Positions 21,401-35,215 of a DNA stretch of 64,000 nt are shown piece by piece (position 1 is the first letter of the stretch; each line of letters opens with the position of its first letter). This DNA is from Monocercomonoides exilis PA203 (Eukaryota > Protista > Preaxostyla): the NCBI GenBank assembly GCA_001643675.2, contig LSRY02000065.1:124001-188000 (forward strand). The letters run 5' to 3'. The position numbers and the translations under genes are program-made. The notes beneath the pieces were generated by a model. The model ran no database searches. It was not told the DNA's origin and was given only the letters and a program-made list of their open reading frames with translations.

Positions 21401-24400
21401 GTCAAGCTTCGTGTATTTCTCCTCCTTCGGCGTGTCTGTAATGTAGAAGTGTGTTGGGAACTGAGCATCAACTGTTGTTGATGAGACACTCTCAAATGTG
21501 AAGCTTTCTTGTGTAACATCTGTATCGAAAAGATCGTCTTTTTCCAGAAATGATGCTTCACGTGTCCAAGTGACCGTTGATTCAAAGCTCGAGGAAGGCA
21601 GTGCAAATGAAAACTGACTCTGTGCTGATCTGTCAGCAGAAAGATCGGTTACACTGCCTGAAGAAAGAGCATTTTCTGATCCATCCGAAGCTGCTGCAGA
21701 AAACGGATCTTCTTTCTGTGATGATAGAAGCATAGGATGAATCTGCTCTCCCATAAACAGTGGCTGCTCTGCGGTGTTTCCTTGTTCCACAAGAAATGGG
21801 GTGATCATCACTTGCCTCACGCAGGAAGGAGCACATGCAGCGTCTGCCACGAACTGCGGTTGCGAAATCAGCGGATGCTGCACAAGTTTCACTTCCTTCT
21901 CAGCCACGCAGCACCGCAAGATGCGTGCCACCCCTTCGCGAACGCGCACAAGCGGATATTGCAGCAAAATCTGCGAAAGAGTCTCTGCCATCTTATCATC
22001 TCCACACAACGCCAAAGAGAGTGCACGATCCTGCAGGCATGCATTGCTCACAGCATACAGAAGAGGAAGGGTCGCATTTACCAGAAGAGGTGATTTCTTT
22101 GGAATGGAAACAGGAAGCGATTGCAACAATTTGTTGAGCGAATGCAGGCAGATTGGAAGGATTGTTTCAGAAACAGGACAAGAAGATGCTGATGAAGACA
22201 AAGAAGAAGATAATGATGATTCATTGCATGAGGAAGATGAAGGCATTTCCACTTTCGTCCTCACAACATCCAAATACATTTGCATATTATCCGGATTAAT
22301 ATCTTCTCCAAAAATTACAAAGCTCCATGGATCTTTGAGAAGCCATTTCAATCCTGTTGCTTCAAACAGCGTATTCTCTTCTTTTTCCTTCAAATTCTTT
22401 GAAATTGGCTGAAGTAATTGAGGAGCAATCTGCAGGAACCGTGCCATTGATAGTGAGCACAAAGCAGCAACATGATGAGGGGCCTTTGTGGAAGCGAGCA
22501 GCTTCTCCACAAGCGCCTGAGTCAAAGGTGATGCAAATGGATGTGAATCAATGGTGTTGCATGAGGTCGATGTAAATGATGAAGGAGGAGGCGGCAAAAG
22601 CTCATCTGGTGCAAACATAGGTGTTGGCGGTGTGTTCAGAGCAGCAGTGTAGATGAACGCTCCCTGTGGAGTCAGCCTCGATGGTGCATTCTGCAGACAT
22701 GCAATCAGGGAAATGAGTATTGCTGTGGCAGTTTCTCTGGAAACAGCGGGAAATGGTGTTGATTCAATGGTCTTTGGATCAATTGGATAGGGGCTATGCA
22801 GATGCTTCACGAACAAAGACCAGCCATATTGCGGCTTCTGGTCGCAGCATAAAAAGTCATGGCAGCGCTGCAGATAAGATGCTGATAGAAGGATGGCAGA
22901 CACAATTGGCGATAATTTGCATGCATCCCTTAGAAAAGAGAAAAGCGGAATTAAAAGCGGAGCACGACGCTGCTTTGCTGGGATAATGTTGAGGAGAGTG
23001 GTGAAAAACACTGTCAATTCTCCAATTAGCTTCGATGCTGCATCTCTACATTCCTTTGGTGATTGCTTGGTTGAAGTTGATGGACTTATGAACGCATCAA
23101 CAGCACGTGTGATAGCAGATACCACCTCTAAAAGCAGCCTCAGGAAAGACAAGCGCATCTGCACATTCTCGCAGCGGAAAAGCAGCGACGACACGATTGA
23201 CGGTGTGACCGCAAAGTCTGTTCCAAGCTGTGAATACTCAGTTGACGAGAGATGTGGTGTGGATGTTCGTGGAGGAGCTTGAGATGAGGAAGAGGAACTT
23301 TGCTGTTTCAGAATTTCTTCATATGGCCTTGCATGTGCCTTTTTCTTCCGTGTGATGCACAGCTGTCTCAGCCTATTCTCATCTGACACCATCTGTTTTG
23401 TGAAATGCCTCAGCAAAAGCAGAGACAGACTGGGCATTGAATGGAAGAGTGGCTCCAGCTCATTGCACCACAGAGTAAACTCCATTTTCCGTGTGGAGTG
23501 TGAAAAAGTGTGCAGCAAATATCTGATCCACACAGATAGTGCTGTTGGAGTAATGCTTTCTTTCTCATTTGATGTTGAAGCTGAAAGCAATGGAAGTGGA
23601 AGGGGCATCGAGGCTATTGTCAGCTCATTGTGTTTGATGATTGACAGCATCTGCTCTGCACTGTCCCTCCGTTTGACAGCCAAGCACTTTAGTTCTGTCA
23701 TCACCTTTCGCACAAACGCAAACAGCATATTGTTGAAGATCTGTTGCTCTCTTTCTTGCTCCGACTGCCTCTTGTCTTCCAATTTCGCAATCGCTGCTGT
23801 GTCTGAAAGTGCAATTCCTTCTGCTTCCAATTGCTCTGATGACAGAGGTTTCCTTAATACGAAACGTGGAGATGGATAAGGTGGCTGTGGATGCATTGGG
23901 TAGAATGGGAATGCCATATTTGGTGCATATTGTTCTTTCAATGTTCTTTCGATTTGCCAATCGTCAACTGGTTTTATTCGTTCGTAAATAAGAAGATATG
24001 CCGAGTGCATCTTCTGCTTCTCGTTTCCTCCGCTCATGCCATCGGGAATCATTGCCGTTGCATTTGTCGAAGACATGTTTCCACCATATGAACGATCAGA
24101 TAGTGTTTTGGGATCAACAGGGAAAACAGACGAGTCATTGAACTCATACCACCGGTAAGGTGCTGCTCTCTCTTTGATAAATGAATAGTAGTGTCCTCCA
24201 TGGGCTGTACCGGAATGGCACACTATTCCTTTGAGCTCAAACTTGTAATACTCTTTCGGCCTGAACAGCTTTTGTGTTTGTTCCGGTGTCAATGGCATCC
24301 CTCTACTCAAATCATCTCCAAAAAATCGCCCTTCAGTTGCTGCTTTGGCATTCACGTAGCACGCTTCTGGAGTCAGCCCATTATCTGCAGCCACCATTGA

Positions 24401-27400
24401 CTCGTACATGTATGGTTCGAAGTCTAACTGTTCTTCGATGGGAAACTTGAAAAATGAGTTAATCTTTGTTCGAACACCTGTTTTCGCATCAAAGTCAAAA
24501 CGTTTCAACATAATGAAAACAGTGTTTGGCAGATCTTTCAGAGTCGATCGCCGTACCACATTCACCATCCCTTTGTCCTTCTTTGCTTGTGCACACGCCT
24601 CACACGTGAACCCACTAACACAACTTCCACTCACCATCGCCCTCAGCGCTTCTTCAATCGTTGACATCCCTTTCACATCCACTTGTAGTGAAAAGAAGCC
24701 ATCTGTCTGTTCTGCTGTGTGTCCTCGCTCGCATATTCGTGTGTTCTGTACTCTCCCTCGAAACAGTCTCCGGACGAAATTTGGCGCTCTGTGAATATCC
24801 AAATGTGACTCCAGTTTCTCCACCAAACATGTGAAGAACTCATCGAGATCGCTCTGCACACCTGCTACCACCCTCCTCCGGTCCTGATCTCTGTATGCAT
24901 CCAAAAACGCATTCAGTTCAATCGATGAGTGGTTGAATGGATTATCCTGCAATTCTGCAAAAAGGAATCGCATTGCCTTCCAAACATCCGCATATTCTTC
25001 CTTCTCCTCCGCCGTCACGACAGATGCACGTTTCCTCAAGATTTCCTCCTCTTCCACATCGAATGCAGGTGTCATTTTATTCATCACTTTCAGTTGTTGT
25101 TTGACAATCTGAGCAGGCGGACTCACAACCATTTGTTCCTCCTGGTTTTGAGGGAACTCTGTTTTTCCATCCCACATCAAGAATGTTGAACGAAATTGAG
25201 GGTGCATAAACAGCTGGGCAAATAGAGAAATCATGTAGCACATGGTGTTTGGGTTATGGATGCCCCGATATTTGCCTCTTCCTCTGCTCCATGGTGACGC
25301 TATTGACATTGCAGAGATATTGAATGCAGAGTATTCATGTTCATCTTCCAGCTGCTGCAGCTTTCCCAGCAGCCCAATCACGCACCTTCGATTAACATCA
25401 CTTCCGCGACACAATGTGGAAATAACTTCAACAATTGAGTTTCGCGTGACTGGGTCATTTGACACAGCTGAGACATCCAAAGATTTACTGCCCGCCGAAT
25501 TAGATAAACCATCCACATTTGAAAAGCCGCTGAACAATGTTTTTGTCCACAGGAATGGAATAAGTCCGTATCCAGTTTTCTTTCCAGCAGAAACATATCC
25601 AAAATATTCTTTCAGCAAAATCTCCTGTTTTCGTAATTCTTCTGCAGCTGTACCATCTGCCTGTTGCGTCTTTTTTTCTATGCAAACAAACGTAGTGTTC
25701 ATAAATACTAGTAATGGTAGCAATGGAAGCATATTTTCATCTGACGATGAGCCAGCCAACTGTATAGACGGTGCTGATGATGATGAAGATGAGGATGCAG
25801 AATCAGAATTGGTAGATGCAAATGAAGTGGAATACAACTCGGCCGGAAATGTGTAATGGTATTTGTGGTGTGTCTTGATGAGAATTGCAAGCACAGCCAT
25901 CAAACGATGTAAAGAAAGTCCACCAGGTTGCATTGCTATCTTCATCTTTTGAGAGTCCATGAAGAACTGAAGCTTTTCCATCAATCGAGCAAGCATATTC
26001 GACAGAAACGCTGAAAATCGTTGGATGTGTAGCAGAGTAGTGGCCGCAGCAGCAAACGACATAAGAGCTGAGCTTCCATCCAAAATTGATGATGTCAGTT
26101 GCGCAATTGCACTTTCTTCAAGTAACATGCTCGAACAAGGCACCTGCAGGAAGATGGACTCCAGAAGTTCCAGTGTGAATGGGCGAACAGCTTCTTCGCA
26201 ATGGCTGAATGCAAACAAAAACACCAGAAGGAAAGGTTCGAATGACGCTGACACAAGATACTGTGACAGCTCTTCAGGATAGCTCTGCACAGCTGCACAC
26301 AGCATCGCAAATAGAGTGCACAAAATCTCCTGCCGCGTATCCTCTCCAATGGACATGACTGAATAGCTGCCTTCCAACCCAGGCACCCTCCCTTTCGGTG
26401 TGTACGTGTTCACAATTCGCATCGCATCCACAAACGAGAAAACAGTTCGTTGAGGATGTGGTTCATTGATGGATGCAGATGATGGCAGTGGTATTGCAGA
26501 AATGTGTTCAAGATGGCTCTGCACAATTCCCTCAAACTCTGTTGTATCTGAGAGGCATTTTTCTATTGATTCTTCGGCAACATATGTAAAGAAGTTCAGC
26601 ATCCTGAAGTGGTGCGAGGAATGCTGGTATGCCTCGATTGTTGCTGCAATTGCGACTGATGCAATATTTGTGGGTGTTAGCTCAGAATGCAACTGAACAA
26701 GCGGAGTATCAATGCAATGATTCAATGCCAGTGGAGAGTGCAAAAGTGGAAGTTCAATCGCAACATCTTCTGCAAAATACACAAACAGCTGCATCAATCG
26801 CAAGATAAATAATATGCGCTGCCCTTTTCCTGGCTCCAATATAGCTAGAGGCAATGGAACATAGCATTTTCCTTCATCTGAAAAAGTTGCATTGATAGTC
26901 TGCACAACAGCTGGCACGTGCAAAAGGGCATATTCCAACGTGTTGCGGAATAGTGGAAGTGCAGAAAGAGAAGGTGACGCACCAAGCTGTGCTGAGCCAG
27001 CAGACTGTGTTCCCAGCACCGAAGTTGCCCGCATGTCCAAAATAAACACAGAAATAAGTCGGACAACAAGAGCCAATGTTGACGGAGGAAGAGGCTGCAA
27101 ATCAATCTCGTTTTGAAACAGGGGTGATTCCATTAAAAGCGACAACAGCGCACTCAACCCTCCGCTCAGCACAAACCTCAGCCTCCAGCTTTCCACACTA
27201 TTGCCTTTGCACATCTTTGAAATGCAACCAACTTTTCCTTTGTTCATCTGCTGCCACACCTCTCCAACAGATGCATTCACCTGCTCAAATGGCATCATTC
27301 CCTCTGTCTCCTCCACCAATGCCTGCAAATCGCTCAGAACAGATTCTGTGCGTTGGATGGCCTCTGCCCTTTGATCTTCCGAAACACCCACATTCAACAG

Positions 27401-30400
27401 AGGAAGAAGAGCCAAATAAGATGTGTTAATATTCGCCTGGAGAAGCTGTGGACGAGCCGTTTCTTTAATTGGCATTGCACTCAACAGCAGGTTGCATAGT
27501 GGGCTCAATTCTTGTGCTCTGTCAATGATTGTCTTCAGATGGTGTGAGGAAGCTGCAAAAAGGGTTGATGCTCTGTACGGAATGGGAATCGACTGTTGTG
27601 CTTCCTGAAGAGCAGCCTGTCTGTTCGTATTTTGGAAGCAAAGCAGATTCTGCTTGTTTACAAGAGGATCAGTGCGGTCGTCGATTTTGACACGGCTGTT
27701 GTAGTTCATAATACCATAAGCATCCCCATCGTCTATCTCGACCTTCACTTTGATGTCCTTCAGCTTCTTCACATCGCCTACGATGAGGCTGAGTGCATCA
27801 GTTGACTTGGTAATGCCCTTTCCCTCGAACGATAGCAGGATGCTCGATGCCTTCTCAACCTGAAGCTTCTCAGCAATCCGCAGCCTCAGACACTGCACAC
27901 AATCGTCAGCAGCCAGCAGAATGGGTGTCTGCCCGTACGGATCAACAGAAAGTGTTGCGTTGAGTGCACTTGCCGAGAACGACGACAAAGGTAGGTGGAT
28001 CTTCATTGCCGGGTCGATCAGCACAGGTGTGAGGCCGAGCAGGCGATAGAGCAGCCACAGCGCATTCTCCACTCGCTGCTTGTTGGACGCTGCACTGTTG
28101 CCAAAGCTGCCGTCTGCGCCTGCATTTCTGAATCGCTTCCGCAGCTGCTCAATTCCAAACGTCTGCTGTGCTGTCCCTCTCGTAAAGATCGACACCTCTT
28201 TGCTAACATACTCCACACATGTCTTCACAAAGCCGTTCTGTTCTTCCTGTGGTGGCAGTGCATTTGGCATCAGATTCACCCACTGAGACGAGCAGGCTGT
28301 GTAGGATGTCACTGCTGGCTGGCAGAGCTGGATGAGGATGTCCAGTGCTTCGTTGCTGTTGGTGAAATAATCAGATTGTGAGACGAGCATCATACTTGTG
28401 GGTACAACAATTGGCCAGTTGAATGCTAAGTTGAACAGGGCATCACACCCTATCACTTTCTCCCCTGTCCGCACAAAACAGTCTTTCCCTCCGATGTTCA
28501 GCACAGCCAGCGTCTGATAGCCCTGGTTGGCTATCAGCAGCAGCTCCTTCACCCAGTACAGACTGGCTGCACATTCCTCCACCTTTGTCGTAGGCATCGT
28601 GCTTTGTGTAGCTGCCTCAGGCGGCTGAGTGAACGGGAACACTTTGAACAGCCGGGTGATGGCGCGTGCAACCGCCTCGTTCTGTCTGTGGTGTGTTCTG
28701 TCGGCGTCTGTCAGGAGAGACTGCTGCGGAGCACCCGAAAGAGGCTTCTGGTGTGCACTGCTCTCTCTGAGGAGCTGCCGGGCAGTTGCTGTGAGAGGCG
28801 TGTAGTGTTTGAAGAGCACATTCACAGCAGACTTCATCAGACGCTCCTGTTCGTTTTGGGTGAGCGACATCTGAAGCATCGAGCTGAACAGAGACTCGAT
28901 GGTGGACAAGGGAAGAATCTCTTCATGTTCTTCTTCTTCTTCTTCTCCGCTGCCTTCTGAGAGCATTGAAGAGGAAGAAGATGAAGAAGAAGATGTTGAT
29001 GATGAGGCAGATTGCGAGGAAGTTGGGGAAGATGAGGATGTGGAGGACGAAGATGATAAGGAGGAGTTAGATGAAGTTGAAGTTGAAGAAGAAGATGAAA
29101 TTGACGATGATGATGAAGCAGACGCAGCTGCTTGTGGATACGCATCATCTCCCAGATGTGCAATCTCCTTCTGCAAGAGCAGATCAAAGATGTGTGTCAC
29201 CACCTCGTTCTGGTGTGTTGTATGCTCCTTGTATGTGTAGAACCCAATCAGCAGCCCTTCCATCTCTGCAGCCATCTTCGGCACAAACCCATCCAGCGAT
29301 GTGCCCACACACCTGCAGATGTTGTCATCCTCTGCGTAGTTGGCAGGAAATGCCTCGATCTTCCACTTCTGCACTCTCCTTCTGAACAGCCGGGCACTCC
29401 TGGCGAGTGTGTCTGCCCATCCTCTCTTGTGCAGCACAGCCAGCGTCTGCTGCAGCGCTGCCTCGTCGCTGTCGTATTGCGCTGCCGCGTGGTAGGCAGA
29501 CACGAGCGAATCAAACGCCATCAGAAACTGCGTTGTCCCATCTCCATAGCAGAAGTTCTGATGTGTTGATGTTGATGAAGATGATGATGATGATGATGAT
29601 GATGATGATCCTGATAGAGTGGATGAGAATGAACCAGAAGAAAAACTGCGCGAATGGTGAGATGTTTGAGCAGTGCTATCAACACGAAGAGTCTCAGGAA
29701 TGTCTGCAGAATTCAGATGGTTTGGATGAAGAGGAAGACTTTCTGCATTTCTATCATGGAAACCAGAGGGCAATGAAGAAGAAGAAGATGATGATGATGA
29801 TGATGGCATTTCATTCAATTCTCTAAGCGATGCCTCCATCTTCATTCCTTTCCCCTCTCCCTCTTGCTCATTTTCCTCATTTTCAGCAGACAGAATGGAC
29901 TGCCTAATGAAAGTGATGCATTGCTCCATCATCGCCTCGATCATTTCTGGTTCAGACGCCTTCGCACTGAGCTGGGCAAAGCCCGAGATGACAGCAGAAA
30001 GAGCATCTGGAGAGAGAAGAGACGAAGGATACTCGTCTTCTGGCTGAGTGGAAGAGGAAGAGGAAGTAGAAGAAGGATGGAGAAGTGGCTGTGCAGAAGG
30101 GAAGTCACGCGACTGGATGAGGAACAAGATGGCATCGAAGACAGACAAGAGGAGGTCTTTGTATTTCCGCACTTCAGCATCAGAGAGGATGGAGAAGAGG
30201 AGGGTGATGTCTTCTTTGGTGATGGTGACTAAGTCTTTGGCTGTTATCACGTGTTGAGAAGAGGATTCAGATGTGTTGGGAGAGGAAGAGGAAGAGGAAG
30301 AGGAAGAGGAAGAGGAGGAAGAAGGCTGTTGATCAAAATCTTGTGATGATGCTGCTTCTTCTGAAGTTGGCTGAGAATTGTCTGAAGAATTTGGAGGTTG

Positions 30401-33361
30401 AATAAGAGAAGATGTTGGCGAGATGATAGACTCGAGCTGAGGAGAAGAAGAGGAAGAGGAGGAAGAGGAAGAAGAAGAAGATGATGAGGAGGAGGAGGAG
30501 GAGGAGGAGGAGCTTGATGAGCTAGATAATTCAGGAGATGTTGGATAACCAACATTTGATTGCATATCACCAGCATTGTCATCTGCCTGTCGTTTCTGTT
30601 GCATCAAAGCAGAGTCCATCTGAGCTTGTTCAACAGAAGAAGAAGAGGAAGAAGAAGATGATGATGATGATCCATCAATGATGCTGTTTGTCTGCTTAGC
30701 GATGATCACATTTGCCAGCTTCTCCAGCTGCATCTGCAGAAGTACCACTTTCTCTTTGACCGGCAAAAACTTCGCATTCAAATCGGCTTCAGTGACAGAC
30801 ATATCCACCTGCTGTCTGCTCTTCTTCTTTGCCTCTGCAGAAGACAACCCAGACGACAATGAAGAAGAAGAGGAATATGACGAAGAAGAAGAGGAGGAGG
30901 AAGAAGAAGAAGAAGCAAATGCCGAGTCCTCCATGCCACTCCCGCTGCCGAGTACATCCTGCTCCTCCAGTGCCCCTGTCCCATCAAGCGCTGCAAGCTC
31001 GCTCAGATCGATCCCTGCCTCCATCTCAAACTGCGACTCCTGCTCCGCCATCGCCCTGGACGCCTCCAGCGCCGCCTGCAACTCAGCGTCTTCGTCTCCC
31101 AGTGCTCCTTCGAGCATCCCGTACGGCTGGCCTGGCTGTGGCAGCATCGACTGCAGGCTGATCATGGCCATCTGCGTGTCCTCGTTCAGGCTGTAGTACT
31201 CGGCAAAGCGCTGGATGATGTTTGTAATCTGCGCCACACACACCTCGCTGTGGATGAAGAAGGGCTCTGCCTGGCGTGTGATGGTCTCAATCACCTGGGC
31301 GATGCTGCGGGTGTTGTCTAATTCGCGTGTGCCGATGAAGAACGGGTCAGTTGCTGCAGACGCCATTGGCATGTCGCCCATCTGGATGATCCCGTTAGGA
31401 TTTCCTTTGTTGTTCATCAGGATGTTCGGCTTGGTCGAGATGTAGTTTTTGGCGAGGGTGTCGAGGACGAAGGAGTACATAGACAAGCCAATGCAGGACA
31501 AGTGTGCAGACGGCTGGGAGAGGAGAGAGAGAGACATGTTCAGATAAAAGCGGTCGGCAAACATTTTGTTGTATTGGATCAATTGTTTTTGCCCGTACTG
31601 GATAGAAGGAGATGGGTGGTTTTATTTGTCATTGTTCAATAAAATAAAATAAAATTAAAATTAAATAAAATAAAATAAAATAAAATAAAATAAAATAAAA
31701 TAAAATAAAATAAAATAAAATAAAATAAAATAAAATAAAATAAAATAAAATAAAATAAAATAAAATAAAATAAAATAAAATAAAATAAAATGAATACAGA
31801 AACAAAAATGATCGAAAGTCAAAGCAGTACAATCACACCTGTGTATAATGGACGAAGCTCTCAAGAGTCTTCACGATGTTTTCTATGTGGTGGATTCCTT
31901 TATTTGGAGGGATGTTCTCGTCAGAAGCATTTGCAATAAAGAAATCAGCCATCCAGACAGACATTTCGCGCGCCCACTGAAGAATGTTCGTGTTATATGT
32001 GAATGCACACTAAGCACAAGTTGCGGTTCGATTTGAAATCGCAGGCAAATAATCAAATTATTGATGGAAGAAAATAAATAAATAAAGCAAGTTGCAAATA
32101 AAAGGCACAATATGAAATTACAAATGGTGAAATATCAGATCATACAAGTTTGAAAGCTTTCAGCATTCCATAAAGCTGAGGATACGTCGGAAGTTTAGCA
32201 CTTTTTCCTGAATTTCTCCATCTCCTTAAAACTAAATTTGATGCGAAGGTTGAAAATTTATGTTTCGCTAGTTTATCTGCAATCATCAAATGAACTTCAC
32301 ATCCAGAGAACCATGAATAAACTGCTTTTTGATCCATCAAAGGGCGTATGTGTTTTTTGAATGCAATGCGTTCTTGTGACCTTTCTTTTCTGCGCTTCTT
32401 TTCTTCGGCTGTCATAAATTTTGACAAGTTTAATGGACAAAACAGCCCAATGAACACATAGCACTCATAAAAGTTTTCAAAAGATTTTGCCACTAAAAGA
32501 ATTAAGGATAAAGATTTCCTTATAAATTTTCGAATGTTTTCAGAATTTGCTGTAGTCAAATTTCTGATATCGCAAACATAAGATTCAAAATTGTTCATCT
32601 TGTGAAGTAATGAAGAAGAGCAAACGTTAAAGACCGGATTTTTTTAACTGCTACCTTTATTTCATTAAATAATATAAGAAAAATTTCTGTTGATATTTTT
32701 GTGATTTCACTCTCCGATCTCAAAGAAATAAGAGGATATAATTGAGCAAGTCCGAAATCGAATACTTCTAAAAATAATTCAAAATTATAAAGTGCATAAA
32801 TACTAATATAAATGCAGTTATTCAAACCTGTGTTGTCTGATTTCAATGATGGTGTCACATCCTTGAGAAAATTTGTCATTGAATCAACGGATGCAAAAGC
32901 AGCGTGAGCACCTTATGAAAATAACAATCAATTAAAAATAGGAGCAATCACGAATTGCACACGATTTTTAAATTGAGAAAATTGCCCTTTTTCGTAAATC
33001 ATGAATCTGTAGGTCAAAAAATAAAAAGGAGCTGATCACATAACCCCAATTCAATCTTTTCTTTGTTGTTTATTTGTGAAAATTTCAATATTCTTTCCAC
33101 AAATGAAAGGAGAGCCTATGATGTATAACTTCAAGAAATTCCTTTTGTTATATGAAATTCATGTTATGATCAAGAGGAAATGCGAAAACAAGCAAATAAA
33201 CAAAAATAAACGTAGTTAATAAATATGAAAGGGGTGATTGTAAAATCTTTTTGACAAGATGATAGAAGTTGCTCAGATGTATTAATAGAATTCCATCAAG
33301 GGGCACAGAATAGAAAACCAAATTAAGACAATAAGACTATTTTATGAACTAATTGTACCAT
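18470..33361 (-). CDS. Giant ubiquitin carboxyl-terminal hydrolase (USP/C19, USP9X/24/34-like); 13-kb last exon plus several small 5' exons, start uncertain
   Basis: Cys box GIHNPNTMCYMISLFAQLF (~25210-25270), QSDLDEFF, LKRFDFD, His box GIVCHSGTAHGGHYYSFIK, WYEFNDSSV. Exon 31838-~32033 splices in phase 0 to the 4370-aa ORF; further exons reach a putative ATG at 33361. Confidence 0.88.
31638..31790. repeat. (AAAAT)n pentanucleotide microsatellite inside a USP intron
   Basis: About 30 near-perfect units seen directly. Confidence 0.95.
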
Positions 33362-33547
33362 TTTTATTTAGAAAATTCAAGAAATTTTCTAATTTCAATG
33401 TTCGATAAAACAGAAACATATAAAATAGATATGCACAAACGCATCATCAAATGAAAAAAGAATAAAGAAAAAAGAAAAAAAGAAAAAAGATGAAGAAAAA
33501 GATATAAATGCCCATCTAACTTACCAGATAGGCAAAGTGGAAGAGAT

Positions 33548-33757
33548 AGAAAGAGAGAGAAAGAGAAAGAAAGAGAAAGAAAGAGAGAGAGAGAGAGAGA
33601 AAGAGAGAGAAAGAGAAAGAAAGAAAGAGAGAAAGAGAGAAAGAGAGAGAAAGAGAGAGAAAGAGAAAGAAAGAAAGAGAGAGAGAGAGAAAGAGAGAGA
33701 AAGAGAGAGAAAGAGAAAGAAAGAAAGAGAGAGAGAGAGAGAAAGAGAGAAAGAGAA

Positions 33758-33794
<37 letters not shown>

Positions 33795-33825
33795 AAGAGA
33801 AAGAGAAAGAGAAAGAGAAAGAGAA
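33548..33825. repeat. Pure-purine GA/GAAA/AAGAGA compound microsatellite
   Basis: About 280 bp of A and G only, next to the MAP2K stop codon. Confidence 0.95.
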
Positions 33826-33839
33826 TATCATCACATCCT

Positions 33840-34176
33840 CTAATCCTCCTTCTCCCCAGTCACTCCGTCCAGTGCGTCTGCTGCTGCTTTTCTGACTGAC
33901 TCTGAAATTCTCCCCACGAACGGCTTCAGCCACGCTGCGGTCTCATCCAAAGAAGCACAGTTGGCATCAGACAGGAAAGGATGGGCCTGGATGGATAAGA
34001 TTGGGGTGTGTTGATGGAAAAAGAAAAATAATAATAATAATAATAAATAATAAATAATAACAGAAATAAGGAAAAGAAATAGAATAAATAAGATTATGTT
34101 ATGAAGAAATAAAGAAACATGGATATGAATAAAATAAATAAATTGATTAAAATAAATAAAAATTTATAAAATTAAA

Positions 34177-34221
<45 letters not shown>

Positions 34222-35181
34222 AAATAATCATTTCAGAACCATAAGAATTTCATAAATTGATGAATGATAAATTGAAATGAAACAGGAAAAGACAAAAAAA
34301 AACATACCAAAAGTTGATCAGCGTTGTATCGCTTATCTGCTTCTTTTTCCAAGCTGTTTGAAATAGAATTCGAAATTTTCATGGAAAAAAATGAGGAAAA
34401 AAGAAGAAGAAAATAAGTTAAATGGGAAAAAAAGAAGGAATAAAAAAAATCGTTTCAAAAGAAAATATTGCTCAATCACTTTGCTTCATTCAGACTCAAA
34501 AAAAAAAACAACATTTTCAACTTTATTAACAAAAAATTGTTTCTTTCTGATTCTTTTTTTTTGTTCTTTCTTTTCATTGGCAATTCTTTCTCTTCTCCTT
34601 CTTCTCTTCTTCTTCTCTCCTTCTCTCCTTCTCTCCTTCTCTCCTTCTCTCCTTCTCTCCTTCTCTCCTTCTCTCCTTCTCTCCTCCTTCTCCTTCTCCT
34701 CCCCACACCATTTCGCAATAAAATCGCAGAACTCCTTCGAGAACGAGTCCTCAGGCAATGCAGGCGATGGCTTCTGCACAATCAGGTCCAGAAGATCCCA
34801 AAAGCCCATCTGCCCTCCTCTCCCGTCCAGGTCGGCAGGAGGGTATGGATAGTGGTTGACGGCCAGCTCAAACATCGTCAGCCCAAACGACCAGATGTCG
34901 GACTCAAAGGTGTACTCGGTGCCGGTGATACGCTCGGGCTGTTGATGAGGAAGAAAGAAAGAAGAAGGAGAAGAGAGGGAAGGAGAGAAAGAAAGAGAAA
35001 GATAAAGAAAGAGATGAAGTGAAATGAAAAAAGAAAAATATATTCAGTTATTGGTTGTGAATTGCAAATAAGCATATTTATTGTAATTGTTAAAATTTAT
35101 ATAAATGATTGAAAATAAAATAATATAAAATAAAGAAATTAATAATAATAATAATAATAAGAAGAAGAAGAAGAAGAAGAA

Positions 35182-35215
<34 letters not shown>

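Noticed and set aside
31629-35075. ORFs with FILFY, RERE/SLSL and EGEKERRR repeats
   Set aside because: Translations of intronic or intergenic microsatellites.
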